A stretch of DNA of 64,000 nucleotides from Spirochaetota bacterium (GCA_963664815.2 CAXXHB010000003.1:1152001-1216000), one strand, 5' to 3'; shown: positions 8,626 through 18,106, numbered from the stretch's first letter. The notes: generated by a model from the letters alone, not told the origin. Numbers and translations are program-made.

Positions 8626-9798
8626 TTGCTTAAGGTAGAACAGAGAAAAAACAGAGACTTTAATACGTTTCAAACCATCGATGATGTAATAAATATACTT
8701 AAAGAACAGTTCACAACGCGGAAACTTTACATTAAGTATGATGTTGAGAAACGCGAAGCGATGATAAACGAATATAATTCTGATAAAACAATGATGATTG
8801 TTACGGATCCGAATTATAAAACAGACAAAAATCTGATAATTTACGGATTATCAGATAAATATATAGAAGTTGACCTGAGTGTACTGGAAGAACTGGGACC
8901 TGGGTATTTCAAATGTAAGATAGTTAGTGCCAGAAGAGCGACGGAAGGCAGAAGAGATCTCCGTTTTAAAATAAACAAAGGTGATGCTGTAGCAACGAAC
9001 TTCAGAGTGTCAAAGCATACTATAGATGTAAGCAGATTCAGTATTCCAACAAGTATCAAGGTTGTGCTTGATCAGTTTCAGTCTGTAAATGCCAGGTTTA
9101 CAGATCTTTTTAAGGTTGATGTACTTGTCAGCGATACGAAAGATGCAGTTCTTAAAAATATAAAAAATACAGGTAAAACACTTTTTATATCAGATGTGAA
9201 TGATCCGGAGTCATATAAAGCCATGACGGATGATTTTGTGGATATTTCTAAGATTTACGGCCATGAGCTTGACAAGCTGATAAAGATAAATGTTGAGAAA
9301 GGGTTTAAATCAATAATAATAGTACCTGTAATATATATTACGGAAGATGAAAAATCTGTCACTTTTGCATATATTCAGGCGATATCAAAGAGCGAAATAC
9401 TCGGGATAGAAAAAGTTATTGATCTTAAGGATATGTCCTTCAAGCTTGTAGACAGGATAAGAGATGCTAATACCCTTTTTGTGTCGGTTCATCAGCAGAT
9501 AATTGATATAAGCAGAGGCGGGGCAAAGTTAAAAATTACCGATACCGATCTTATAAAATATATTCAGAAGTCAAGAGGCTTTATTTTCGATATAGTATTC
9601 AAACTGCAGGCTCCTATGACTATATATGGTGACATAAGGACTACATCGACTGATCTGGATGGAAATCTTTTCCTTGGAGTTGACTTCGGAGGGAACTCTT
9701 CCAGGAAAGATGAAATGAAACGATTTTATGACGTCCTTAAGCCTATGGAATCGGAGTACAAATCGAGATTAATAAAGAGTATGAAGAACAAAAAGTAA
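8626..9798 (+). CDS. DUF1577-like PilZ-domain protein (putative c-di-GMP receptor)
   Basis: RRDLRF (RxxxR) and DISRGG (DxSxxG) PilZ motifs; length and architecture like Leptospira DUF1577 proteins. Confidence 0.7.
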   Translation: MLKVEQRKNRDFNTFQTIDDVINILKEQFTTRKLYIKYDVEKREAMINEYNSDKTMMIVTDPNYKTDKNLIIYGLSDKYIEVDLSVLEELGPGYFKCKIVSARRATEGRRDLRFKINKGDAVATNFRVSKHTIDVSRFSIPTSIKVVLDQFQSVNARFTDLFKVDVLVSDTKDAVLKNIKNTGKTLFISDVNDPESYKAMTDDFVDISKIYGHELDKLIKINVEKGFKSIIIVPVIYITEDEKSVTFAYIQAISKSEILGIEKVIDLKDMSFKLVDRIRDANTLFVSVHQQIIDISRGGAKLKITDTDLIKYIQKSRGFIFDIVFKLQAPMTIYGDIRTTSTDLDGNLFLGVDFGGNSSRKDEMKRFYDVLKPMESEYKSRLIKSMKNKK

Positions 9799-10500
9799 TC
9801 ATTTTTTTAATTTTGCAATTTCTGCATCTGATTTTCTTGTATAGAATGGAATTGTTTTGTTGTAATCAATGTATGTTTCAGGCGATTCATTATATCTTTT
9901 AAGAGTAAGGTCGGATACGGCTTTTCCATCGGGAGAAAAGTTGTCCAGGTATTTGTAGTTTATCTCTTTTTCACCGGATAATTTTTTAATAGTTTCAATA
10001 TATTTTCCGCATCCATCACCAATGCATAACAGTTCACATAAATTTTCTACAGAATTCATCATGTCTTCTATATAATAATCACCCGGTTCAGTAATTTCTA
10101 TCAATTCTGAATTAACTGATTTATATATGCCGCCGAAAACCCTGGATTTCTTGGCATCAAATGCTGCAAGTATGGTTTCAGACTCTGATGTAACTGCTGA
10201 CGATGCGTATATTTCCTGGCTTTTAAGTCCAACAAGCGGTATTTTTAAAATCTGGGAAAACATTCTTGCGGTACTTACCGCAATTCTGATGCCGGTAAAG
10301 GAACCTGGTCCTATGCCGACTCCGATTAAATCAATATCATCGATAGTGACTGAACCCTGCTTCAGTATGGACGAGAGATTCTGAAACATAGTTACAGAAT
10401 GGGATATTCCTGCATTTTCACTGAATTGATAGATCTTTCCATTCAATGAGAGTGCCAGGAATTCTATATTAGTTGAAGTATCAATCACCAGTATATTCAA
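9799..10500 (-). CDS. tsaB: tRNA t6A37 biosynthesis protein TsaB
   Basis: ILVIDTST, GIGPGSFTGIRIA, PFYTRKSDAE. Confidence 0.95.
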   Translation of the reverse strand: MNILVIDTSTNIEFLALSLNGKIYQFSENAGISHSVTMFQNLSSILKQGSVTIDDIDLIGVGIGPGSFTGIRIAVSTARMFSQILKIPLVGLKSQEIYASSAVTSESETILAAFDAKKSRVFGGIYKSVNSELIEITEPGDYYIEDMMNSVENLCELLCIGDGCGKYIETIKKLSGEKEINYKYLDNFSPDGKAVSDLTLKRYNESPETYIDYNKTIPFYTRKSDAEIAKLKK

Positions 10501-10906
10501 TGGTTATTTTTCTCCTGTTTTCATCAATATATTCAATAAAAATATCTATTCTCTTTGCCGGGAGAATATCTTCGGCCCTTTCAGGCCATTCAATTACGGA
10601 GATTCCGTGGTCTTCCCAGTAGTCTTCAAATTTAAGATGAGTGAATTCATTAATATCTTCAATTCTGTAAAGATCAAAGTGATAAAGGGGTATTTTCCCT
10701 TCGTAAGCTTCCATCAGGCTGAACGTCGGGCTTGTTATGTCTTCGTTAATACCTAGACCTTCGGCTAAACCTTTTGTAAATATCGTTTTTCCTGACCCCA
10801 GTTCGCCGCGTAACGCAATAACTGAATCCGGAGAGAGTTCTTTTCCGAATTCACTTGCAATATAAAATGTTTCTTCGGGTGAATTACTTATAATTGTTCT
10901 TTTCAT
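10481..10906 (-). CDS. tsaE: tRNA t6A37 biosynthesis ATPase TsaE
   Basis: GELGSGKT, ITSPTF, YHFDLYR, VIEWPE. Confidence 0.96.
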   Translation of the reverse strand: MKRTIISNSPEETFYIASEFGKELSPDSVIALRGELGSGKTIFTKGLAEGLGINEDITSPTFSLMEAYEGKIPLYHFDLYRIEDINEFTHLKFEDYWEDHGISVIEWPERAEDILPAKRIDIFIEYIDENRRKITIEYTGD

Positions 10907-11037
10907 TTAAATAGTGATCAGTGAAAAATTTTATCTGAATAATCTCTGTCTACTATGAGTGATATTTGTCAAGGCATTCATTTGATCAAAAAAATACCCA
11001 AGGTATAGTTTGCTATTTTTTGCATAATACTTCGTTT

Positions 11038-11170
11038 TGTAGCATTTTACGAAATTATCAGGCATTGTCATCGGACGTATGTGAGTGTATCGGCTCCGCT
11101 CAGCAACCATTTATAATGGTCAGTGAGCCTGCTGAACTGCTCAATCGCTATTGCTTCTTTAAATGACAGG
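11038..11170 (+). mobile_element. MITE-like repeat copy 1 (right terminal repeat lost)
   Basis: TAGCATTTTACGAAAT...GTGAGTG...CTCCGCTCAGCAACCATT...GGTCAGTGAGCCTG...AATGACAGG matches copies at 12168 and 40570. Confidence 0.8.
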
Positions 11171-11385
11171 AAAAATCATAATTAGTATGAAAAAACGCCT
11201 GACTCAAATGATTTAGATATAATGATGTTTTTTTACAACAGCCTGTTCCTGTTTTACTTAAAATGTAGTACTAATTAGCTGAAAGCTCTTTTTTATAAAT
11301 AATTTTTAACTGTTATAATAGTTTTTTTATTGCATCCAGACAACCCTGTAATCTTTATTGAAAAAATAAAAAAACGGGTAGCAAT

Positions 11386-12000
11386 TTGGATATTTCAAAA
11401 GAAGATAAAGTAAAAGAAAGAAAAAAAAGAATAACTTCAGCACTTAAAGCACTCCTTCAAAAGAATGTTTATTCACAGATATCTGTTCAGGAGATAGCCG
11501 ATGAGGCAGGTTATTCCAAAGGGGGCATTCTCCATTATTTTCCGACTAAAGATGATATTTATATTGAGTTGATTAATGATATAGGTTCCGAACTTGAATA
11601 TGTTCACCGGCGAATGTTAAAGATTGACCTTAACTCGGAGGAGATGGCACCAATTTCGTCTCTTCTGGGTGTAGAAAGTTTTGTACTCAACAGAGCGAAT
11701 ATTATAATCCTCATAAATATTCTGCTCTATTCTTTTGAAAATGAAACACTCAGGTCAATGATGAACAAACTGTTTGAAAATCATCGTCTTTTTTATGAGA
11801 ATATTATAAGGGAAAATATCGGAAACGGTCAGACGCCGAAACTTGATGAAAAGACTACCGCCAGAATAATTCAGGCAGTAGTATTTTTTATCGGTCTTAT
11901 TGAGGAATTCGATCCTATCGATCTCGATTATACCAAGATCGTAAAATATGTATCAAACATGATTATAGACAAAAATCAGATGTCTGATAATTCTATTTAA
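11386..12000 (+). CDS. TetR/AcrR family transcriptional regulator
   Basis: ISVQEIADEAGYSKGGILHYFPTKDDI HTH. Confidence 0.92.
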   Translation: MDISKEDKVKERKKRITSALKALLQKNVYSQISVQEIADEAGYSKGGILHYFPTKDDIYIELINDIGSELEYVHRRMLKIDLNSEEMAPISSLLGVESFVLNRANIIILINILLYSFENETLRSMMNKLFENHRLFYENIIRENIGNGQTPKLDEKTTARIIQAVVFFIGLIEEFDPIDLDYTKIVKYVSNMIIDKNQMSDNSI

Positions 12001-12050
12001 ATCTATTCCATATATCATAAATCTGCATAATATCTGATTGTATTAATCAA

Positions 12051-12088
12051 TGTGATAATGTCAGGCCGGGACTTAATTCATTATCACA
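12051..12088. terminator. Inverted repeat downstream of the TetR gene
   Basis: TGTGATAATG...CATTATCACA 10-bp stem, no clear U tract. Confidence 0.4.
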
Positions 12089-12167
12089 AATGAACCTGAT
12101 ATATAAAAATAAAGTGCTTGCATATACTCTTTCCTGCGGAGTATTCATATTCTACATCACATGTAAC

Positions 12168-12352
12168 TTTAGCATTTTACGAAATAATCATGGTTTGTCA
12201 TCGTATGTGAGTGCATCGGCTCCGCTCAGCAACCATTTATGACGGTAAGTGAGCCTGCCGAACTGCTAAATCGCTATCGCTTTTTCTGAATGAGATGTAT
12301 TGAGACTGGCGAAATGGCAGACAATGTTCTGTTTCAATCGAAAAATGCTATA
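12168..12352 (+). mobile_element. MITE-like repeat copy 2 (both terminal inverted repeats)
   Basis: Begins TTTAGCATTTTACGA, ends TCGAAAAATGCTATA; internal REP-like palindrome; about 24-bp insertion relative to copy 3. Confidence 0.85.
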
Positions 12353-12524
12353 ATAAACAGATGGTTTTAATATCGCAATGATTATGTATCAGATTAAATT
12401 ATTAGATATTTTTAGTATAAAAAAGATGTAATTATATACCCCTGTCACCTTTGGCGGCAGAGATAATGAGGCTTTTTATAAATAAAAACGAAGGAATAAA
12501 TACTGTATAAACAATATTAAGAAT

Positions 12525-13427
12525 ATGATAAATCAGGAAGAAATATTCTCAAAACTTAACGATGGTATGCTTGCAGAGCGAAGCAGGTCATTTGAAAACA
12601 ATTTAAAAAAAAATATTCCGCTCATTGCAAGATGGGGCGGGTTAATGCCGGTAGTAGGCAGCTTCGCCGGAAAACATGTAATTATTATCGGCGCCGGCCC
12701 ATCTCTTGATAGTTGCTATGGAGTTCTGGGAAAACTTCGTTCGAGAGAGGATATATTGCTGCTGTCTTCAGATATGGCGCTTAAGCCCTTGTGTGAGCAG
12801 AATATTGTTCCTCAATTTGTCATAACCTGCGAAACTACACCCACAGACTATTTTTCAGAAATTGATACAAGTGAAATTCATCTGCTTTCATTTTCATGTT
12901 CATCATTTTCGAATATACGGAAATGGAAAGGTAAAATAAGCTTTTATAACTGGATGACTGATGGAGAAATATACAGTAATCTGTGGAGAGAGGCAGGAGA
13001 GGGACTCGGATTTGTTGCAACCGGGAGTATCGTTACGACACAGGCTGTATCTCTGGCGCTTGGATGCGGGGTTGCTTCTCTGCTCCTTGTGGGTAATGAT
13101 ATGGGATTTTTTGACAGATATTATGCTTCCGGAACATCATCGGCAAAAAAGAAATATTTTTTATCCGGAAGATTCAATACTCATTCTTCAATTGAAATGA
13201 ATACAGGAAGATCTGCCAGGGATTATCATGTCAAAAGGGACGGTGAATTATTTTATACAAATAATCAGTTTCTTGCGGCAAGATTATGGCTTGAAAAGCT
13301 TTTCAGGAGCGCTCCGTACCCGGTTGCTGACTGCAGCAGGCCAGGCTGTTCCCCGGGTGTTATAAGCAGGATTGATATTCAGGATTATATTTCTATATTT
13401 GAAAAAAATAGTGGGGGATTTAAATGA
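12525..13427 (+). CDS. DUF115 / Maf (MptE-like) protein, putative flagellin glycosylation factor
   Basis: IIIGAGPSLD, SSDMAL, GSIVTT..SLA..CG...LLVGNDMGF motifs; overlaps flbD by ATGA. Confidence 0.8.
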   Translation: MINQEEIFSKLNDGMLAERSRSFENNLKKNIPLIARWGGLMPVVGSFAGKHVIIIGAGPSLDSCYGVLGKLRSREDILLLSSDMALKPLCEQNIVPQFVITCETTPTDYFSEIDTSEIHLLSFSCSSFSNIRKWKGKISFYNWMTDGEIYSNLWREAGEGLGFVATGSIVTTQAVSLALGCGVASLLLVGNDMGFFDRYYASGTSSAKKKYFLSGRFNTHSSIEMNTGRSARDYHVKRDGELFYTNNQFLAARLWLEKLFRSAPYPVADCSRPGCSPGVISRIDIQDYISIFEKNSGGFK

Positions 13428-13615
13428 TTTATCTTCATAAGCTTAATGGTGAGGAATTTGTATTGAATGACGACCATGTTGAGGTAATAGACATTACTCC
13501 GGATACGGTGATTACCCTTGCAAACAGTAAAAAATATGTGGTGAGGGAGAGCGTGGAGGAGATAATACGGCTGACTATAGCTTATAAAAAGGAAATATTT
13601 CAGAAGTTATTTTAA
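13424..13615 (+). CDS. flbD: Flagellar protein FlbD
   Basis: MIYLHKLNGEEFVLN...TPDTVITLANSKKYVVRES. Confidence 0.95.
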   Translation: MIYLHKLNGEEFVLNDDHVEVIDITPDTVITLANSKKYVVRESVEEIIRLTIAYKKEIFQKLF

Positions 13616-13619
13616 AATG

Positions 13620-14330
13620 GATTGATTTTTTAACGCGCACATCCCGGATTTATAAGCATCCGCATTTTCATGATCTTCAACAGGGCAAAGACCGGTTATT
13701 TTATGTTACAGGTTTTATCGCTTGAGTTGCAGCATAAGATGCAACACCTGCCCCTGATGGTCTGATAACTTTCCTCATTTTTAAAAGCTTAATTATTGAA
13801 CGAGGTGTAACACAATCATAAAATCACCGGTAGAGCTGTAATCCTTCAGCGGCAGCTCTCTGAATCCATCGGGAATGTGGACTTTGAGATAATGTTGTGA
13901 TAACTATGAAACAGTATATGGACAGATGATATTCATGCGATTAAAAAAAGTGCCACATCAATTAAGATGGTGTTTCGGGAGTATGAAGACTCTGTTAAAA
14001 ACCGTTTCAATACCGTTTCAACTCCGTTTAAGAGAGATAAAAACGCACGTTTTTAACTGTAAGCAGCGTGTTTGAAGCGTAATTGAAACAGAACTGACTT
14101 TTCTGTAAAGAGAGTCGGGCTTTTATCATAAATCTGCCGTGGTATTGGTTATAAACCTTTTAATGCACAACACAGAGTACGTTAGTGTACAATACCTCTA
14201 TCCGCAGGAGATTCCGTTAATCCTTTAATCCAGTAATCGTGTTCAGGATTATATATATAACAGGTTTAAGTAAGGAACCGGTTTCTTCGTTATGATTCCT
14301 CAATTTAAAAATGTTGGTAGCTGTTAACCC
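13620..14330 (-). pseudogene. Heavily decayed (GAF)-GGDEF diguanylate cyclase gene
   Basis: Minus-strand fragments in order: LYRKVSSVSIT, ILIDV/HFFNRMN, FRE, STGDFMIVL, TI/AGVASY; 46-codon spacing from the first Asp to the GGDEF-equivalent Phe as in typical GGDEF domains; many stops and frameshifts. Confidence 0.55.
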
Positions 14331-14554
14331 AATTGCAGGTGTACCGTAGTTGTAGTTTTTATTTGTGTATTGTATGTTTGGTTTTATAAAAGGGCTGATA
14401 TCATTTTTTATTCTTTCTGAAGGAAATTTAAGTTCTCACTAAACTGTTTATTGCCGAAAATGATAACAGATTAATGTATAAGATTTTTTTCGGATCTATG
14501 TATATATTATATATGCTGAATAAATCATGTTTTAGAATAAAATGAATAAATTAA

Positions 14555-14584
14555 TTGACATGTTGTATTGATGTTTGATATTAT
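14555..14584 (+). promoter_or_regulatory. Sigma-70 promoter of the fliL operon
   Basis: TTGACA-18 nt-TATTAT with extended TG. Confidence 0.6.
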
Positions 14585-14667
14585 GTCACATGAATGTACC
14601 CATGTCTATTGGTTTGAATTTAGTGCTTTTCGGACGATAACATAAATAGAATAATGGTGGAAGGCTT

Positions 14668-15189
14668 ATGGGCGATGATGAAAGAGATGTAGTTGAGGAA
14701 GAAGAGAAGGGGCAGGAGCCTGCCGGTAATACGGGAACTTCTAAAATAGTAAAAATACTTCTGTATGCTGCAGGTGGTGTAATTATTGTTTTCCTCATGC
14801 TTGGTATTTCCTATCTTGTATCTAAAAGCGTACAGGAGAGTAAATATCAGAAAAGTCAGGATATTATAGCAGCGCCCCCTCCCGAGCCGCTTGCTGTATA
14901 TGCCCTTCCGACATTTTCAAAAACTACGGCTGATGCGGAACCTCATTTCGTCAAAATGACGATATCCCTGGGGTATGTCACCGATCCGATACTTAGTGCT
15001 GAGCTGGTAAACAGAAAAGATGAAATTCAGCATATAGTGAATATAATTTTGCAGGGAAAGACTTATGAAGAGCTTAATTCTGTTACTGGTGCGATTACAC
15101 TTGCTGAGGAGATCAAGGCTCACATAAATATAAGGCTTATTGCAGGAAAGATTAAAGAAATATATTATGTTGAATTTGTCGTTAACTAG
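14668..15189 (+). CDS. fliL: Flagellar basal body-associated protein FliL
   Basis: Single TM segment, HFVKMTISLGY, LAEEIKAHIN..GKIKEIYYVEFVVN. Confidence 0.92.
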   Translation: MGDDERDVVEEEEKGQEPAGNTGTSKIVKILLYAAGGVIIVFLMLGISYLVSKSVQESKYQKSQDIIAAPPPEPLAVYALPTFSKTTADAEPHFVKMTISLGYVTDPILSAELVNRKDEIQHIVNIILQGKTYEELNSVTGAITLAEEIKAHINIRLIAGKIKEIYYVEFVVN

Positions 15190-15232
15190 GTTTTTATTAT
15201 AATTCTGAATTGTTCACTCCGGAGGAGGAAAT

Positions 15233-16294
15233 ATGGGCGACGGCTCTTTATCACAAGACGAAATTGATGCCCTGTTACAGGGAGCAGATGACATAACTTC
15301 AGGTCCTGAGCCGGTCGGGATGTTTGATTCTCCCGGTACAAAGTCCGGAGCTTCTTTTTCATCAGGCGATCAGTCCAATATAAGGAACCTGGTCAATTCG
15401 GCAATCTCACTTGTTGCACCTTCTCTCAGCGGGTATCTGGGGGGAAAAAACCTTGTATTGTCAAATCCCGTTGTTGAATCAAAACCTCAAGGCGCTGTCA
15501 GAAATGATTTCAGGGGTAAATATGTACAGGTATCAATGAGTTATTCCGGAGCCCTTAATGGTGTGAACCTGATAATATTTAATTTTGCCGATGCCGGCAT
15601 AATATCATCTCTTATGATGGGGGACGAATCCGGAACACCACCAGCCGATATAACTGATGCTCATCAGAGTACAATTCAGGAGTTTACGAATCAGTTTATT
15701 TCCTCGATGGCTACACAATTCAGTAATAAAATCGGAGGAGGGGTAAATACTACTCCGGCGACTGTGTCTATAGCTCAGAATCAGTCTGAACTTCAGCTTC
15801 CTCCCGGCGAGCTTGTGAAAATCACATATGATATCATAATAGATGGAGTTATGAATTCCAAGCTTTATCATATTATGGATGCCAATATTGCCTCTGCTCT
15901 CGGAATGGGTGGCGGAGGCGGAATGCCCTCAATGCAGCAGTCACAGGCTCAATATCAACATACCGGGCCACAAACGCAGATCAGCTCGGTAAGATTCCCG
16001 CAGATGGGGGAGAGTATTACATCGGGTGGTTATGGTGATATAGCACTTTTACTTGATGTTGAGATGACCATGACGGTAGAGCTGGGGAGAACAACAAGAC
16101 TGGTGAAGGATATTCTGGGACTTGGTGAAGGTTCTATTATTGAGCTTGATAAACTCGCAGGTGAGCCTGTCGATCTTCTGGTAAACGGAAAGCTGATAGC
16201 CCGTGGTGAGGTTGTTGTCATCGATGAAAACTTCGGTGTGCGTGTAACTGACATAGTAAGTCAGGATGAAAGATTCAAATCAGTGAATAAGTAG
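15233..16294 (+). CDS. fliY: Flagellar motor switch protein FliY (CheC-like domain + FliN)
   Basis: LSQDEIDALL CheY-binding peptide, QEFTNQ CheC motif, C-terminal SpoA domain LLLDV..VELGRT..GEVVVIDENFGVRV. Confidence 0.92.
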   Translation: MGDGSLSQDEIDALLQGADDITSGPEPVGMFDSPGTKSGASFSSGDQSNIRNLVNSAISLVAPSLSGYLGGKNLVLSNPVVESKPQGAVRNDFRGKYVQVSMSYSGALNGVNLIIFNFADAGIISSLMMGDESGTPPADITDAHQSTIQEFTNQFISSMATQFSNKIGGGVNTTPATVSIAQNQSELQLPPGELVKITYDIIIDGVMNSKLYHIMDANIASALGMGGGGGMPSMQQSQAQYQHTGPQTQISSVRFPQMGESITSGGYGDIALLLDVEMTMTVELGRTTRLVKDILGLGEGSIIELDKLAGEPVDLLVNGKLIARGEVVVIDENFGVRVTDIVSQDERFKSVNK

Positions 16295-16349
16295 ATTAAC
16301 GATAAACACTTAACAGAAATGTGATAAAAATATATTAATCTGGAAAAAT

Positions 16350-17063
16350 ATGAGACATAATATTTCATTATCTTATCGGTCGGTAACTAAATTAAGTTTA
16401 GTTTTATTATTATTTTTTTTATTATCAATAATTCCGGTTTTGCCCGCTTACTCTCAGGATAATCCGGATAAGTCCCCTGTTGTAAATAATACTCCCGGTT
16501 CAAACAATAACAGTAACGCTGTCCCGGGGCAGGGTTTTGTTGAGGAAGATTTTAAACCTCAGGTTGAAGAGGAGTCTGTTGCATGGATGATTATAAAGAC
16601 GATTCTTATTCTTGGCCTGTTTGCCGGCGGTTTTTATATGTTCTTCAAGTTTGTGTCACAGAAGGCGGGGCTTCATGTTTCCGGGCATGAGGCTATTCAG
16701 ATTCTTTCAACTGTATCTGTGGGTACAAATAAATTTGTTCAGATTATAGATGTTGCCGGGAAAGTTTTTCTTCTGGGAGTATCTGACAGCAGTATCAATC
16801 TCCTGACTGAAATAACGGACAGAGAAGAAATAGACCGTATAAGGCTTCTAAGCTCCAGATCAACTCCTGTACAGAATGCAACATTTCCGGAGTTTATAGC
16901 TTCACACATCGGTTGGGTAATTGATAAAATAAATGAAAAAAGGACTTATGGTCTTAAAAAGACTGCTATTGTAGAAGAAATATCTCAAAAAGATTTCGAT
17001 ATGAGTTATCTGAACAAACAGAAAAAACGTTTAAAGAACATAGATGGCGGCGATGATGAATAA
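16350..17063 (+). CDS. fliO: Flagellar biosynthesis protein FliO/FliZ
   Basis: TM segment plus VSVGTNKFVQIIDVAGKVFLLGVSDSSINLL; lies between fliY and fliP. Confidence 0.88.
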   Translation: MRHNISLSYRSVTKLSLVLLLFFLLSIIPVLPAYSQDNPDKSPVVNNTPGSNNNSNAVPGQGFVEEDFKPQVEEESVAWMIIKTILILGLFAGGFYMFFKFVSQKAGLHVSGHEAIQILSTVSVGTNKFVQIIDVAGKVFLLGVSDSSINLLTEITDREEIDRIRLLSSRSTPVQNATFPEFIASHIGWVIDKINEKRTYGLKKTAIVEEISQKDFDMSYLNKQKKRLKNIDGGDDE

Positions 17064-17820
17064 AAAATATTTTTGTATTATTTTACTGTCGATTATATTC
17101 TTTCCGGTTTTTCTGTTTGCGCAGAATGTCGGCGGAGTAACAATGCCTATTCCGAAGATTGCTTTTGATATAACCCGGGCGACGGGACCGAAAGATGTAG
17201 CACTCAGTCTTCAGATACTTTTTCTGCTCTCAATACTCACTCTGGCTCCATCAATTATAATTATGACCACGGCGTTTACGCGGGTTGTGATAGTTCTTGA
17301 TTTTGTCAAGAGAGCGCTGTCTCTTCAGCAGATGCCTCCAAATCAGGTTATAGTCGGGCTTTCACTCTTTCTCACGTTTTTTATAATGGCTCCTACATTT
17401 ACAGAGATGAATGAGAAGGCGCTTCAGCCATACTTAAACGGTCAGATATCAAATCAGCAGTTTTTTGACAGGGGGATGTCACCTTTAAGAGATTTTATGC
17501 TCAGGCAGACCCGTGAGAAGGACATTGCGCTTTTTGTAAAGCTCTCTAAAATTGAAAAACCAAAAAACAGAAATGATATACCGACATACTGCCTTATTCC
17601 GGCTTTTATGATAAGTGAACTTAAGATTGCCTTCGAGATAGGTGTATTTCTTTTTATGCCGTTCATTGTGATTGATATGATAATTGCCAGTGTACTTATG
17701 GCTATGGGTATGATTATGCTGCCTCCTGTAATGATCTCCCTCCCGTTTAAACTTATTTTATTTATTCTTGTCGATGGCTGGAATCTTCTGATTTATGAAC
17801 TCGTGAGATCGTTCAGGTAA
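17044..17820 (+). CDS. fliP: Flagellar export gate FliP
   Basis: LSILTLAPS, QQMPPNQV, MGMIMLPPVMISLPFKL..DGW; true start may be 17053 or 17056. Confidence 0.97.
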   Translation: MAAMMNKKYFCIILLSIIFFPVFLFAQNVGGVTMPIPKIAFDITRATGPKDVALSLQILFLLSILTLAPSIIIMTTAFTRVVIVLDFVKRALSLQQMPPNQVIVGLSLFLTFFIMAPTFTEMNEKALQPYLNGQISNQQFFDRGMSPLRDFMLRQTREKDIALFVKLSKIEKPKNRNDIPTYCLIPAFMISELKIAFEIGVFLFMPFIVIDMIIASVLMAMGMIMLPPVMISLPFKLILFILVDGWNLLIYELVRSFR

Positions 17821-17833
17821 AGAGGAAAATTAA

Positions 17834-18106
17834 ATGACAGAGGTACTTGTAATAAAAATACTTAGAGAATCCCTGATGACGACACTTATTGTGTCGGCTC
17901 CTGTACTTGGCGTGGGGATGTTTGTCGGTCTGATTGTTTCAATTATACAGACTACAACGTCAATTCAGGAACAGACTCTTACATTTGTACCGAAAATGGT
18001 GGCGATATTTATTACTATTATTCTCTTCGGATCGTGGATGATTCGGGTTGTTATTAATTATACAAACAATATTTTCGCCTTAATTGAAAAAATTGGAATC
18101 AGGTGA
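17834..18106 (+). CDS. fliQ: Flagellar export gate FliQ
   Basis: QTTTSIQEQTLTFVPK. Confidence 0.97.
   Translation: MTEVLVIKILRESLMTTLIVSAPVLGVGMFVGLIVSIIQTTTSIQEQTLTFVPKMVAIFITIILFGSWMIRVVINYTNNIFALIEKIGIR

Noticed and set aside
10966-11166. 66-aa ORF in the track
   Set aside because: Runs through MITE copy 1; the frame is not kept in copy 2
13755-13780. GAGGAAAGT on the minus strand resembling RNase P RNA
   Set aside because: Lacks the following CC and the complementary 3' P4 motif
14001-14089. ACCGTTTCAAT x3 and ATTGAAAC resemble CRISPR repeat ends
   Set aside because: 11-bp tandem units with no spacers, no ~30-bp repeat and no cas genes
14440-14460. TAAA...GCCGAAAA sigma-28-like site upstream of fliL
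   Set aside because: Spacer is 9 nt rather than 15
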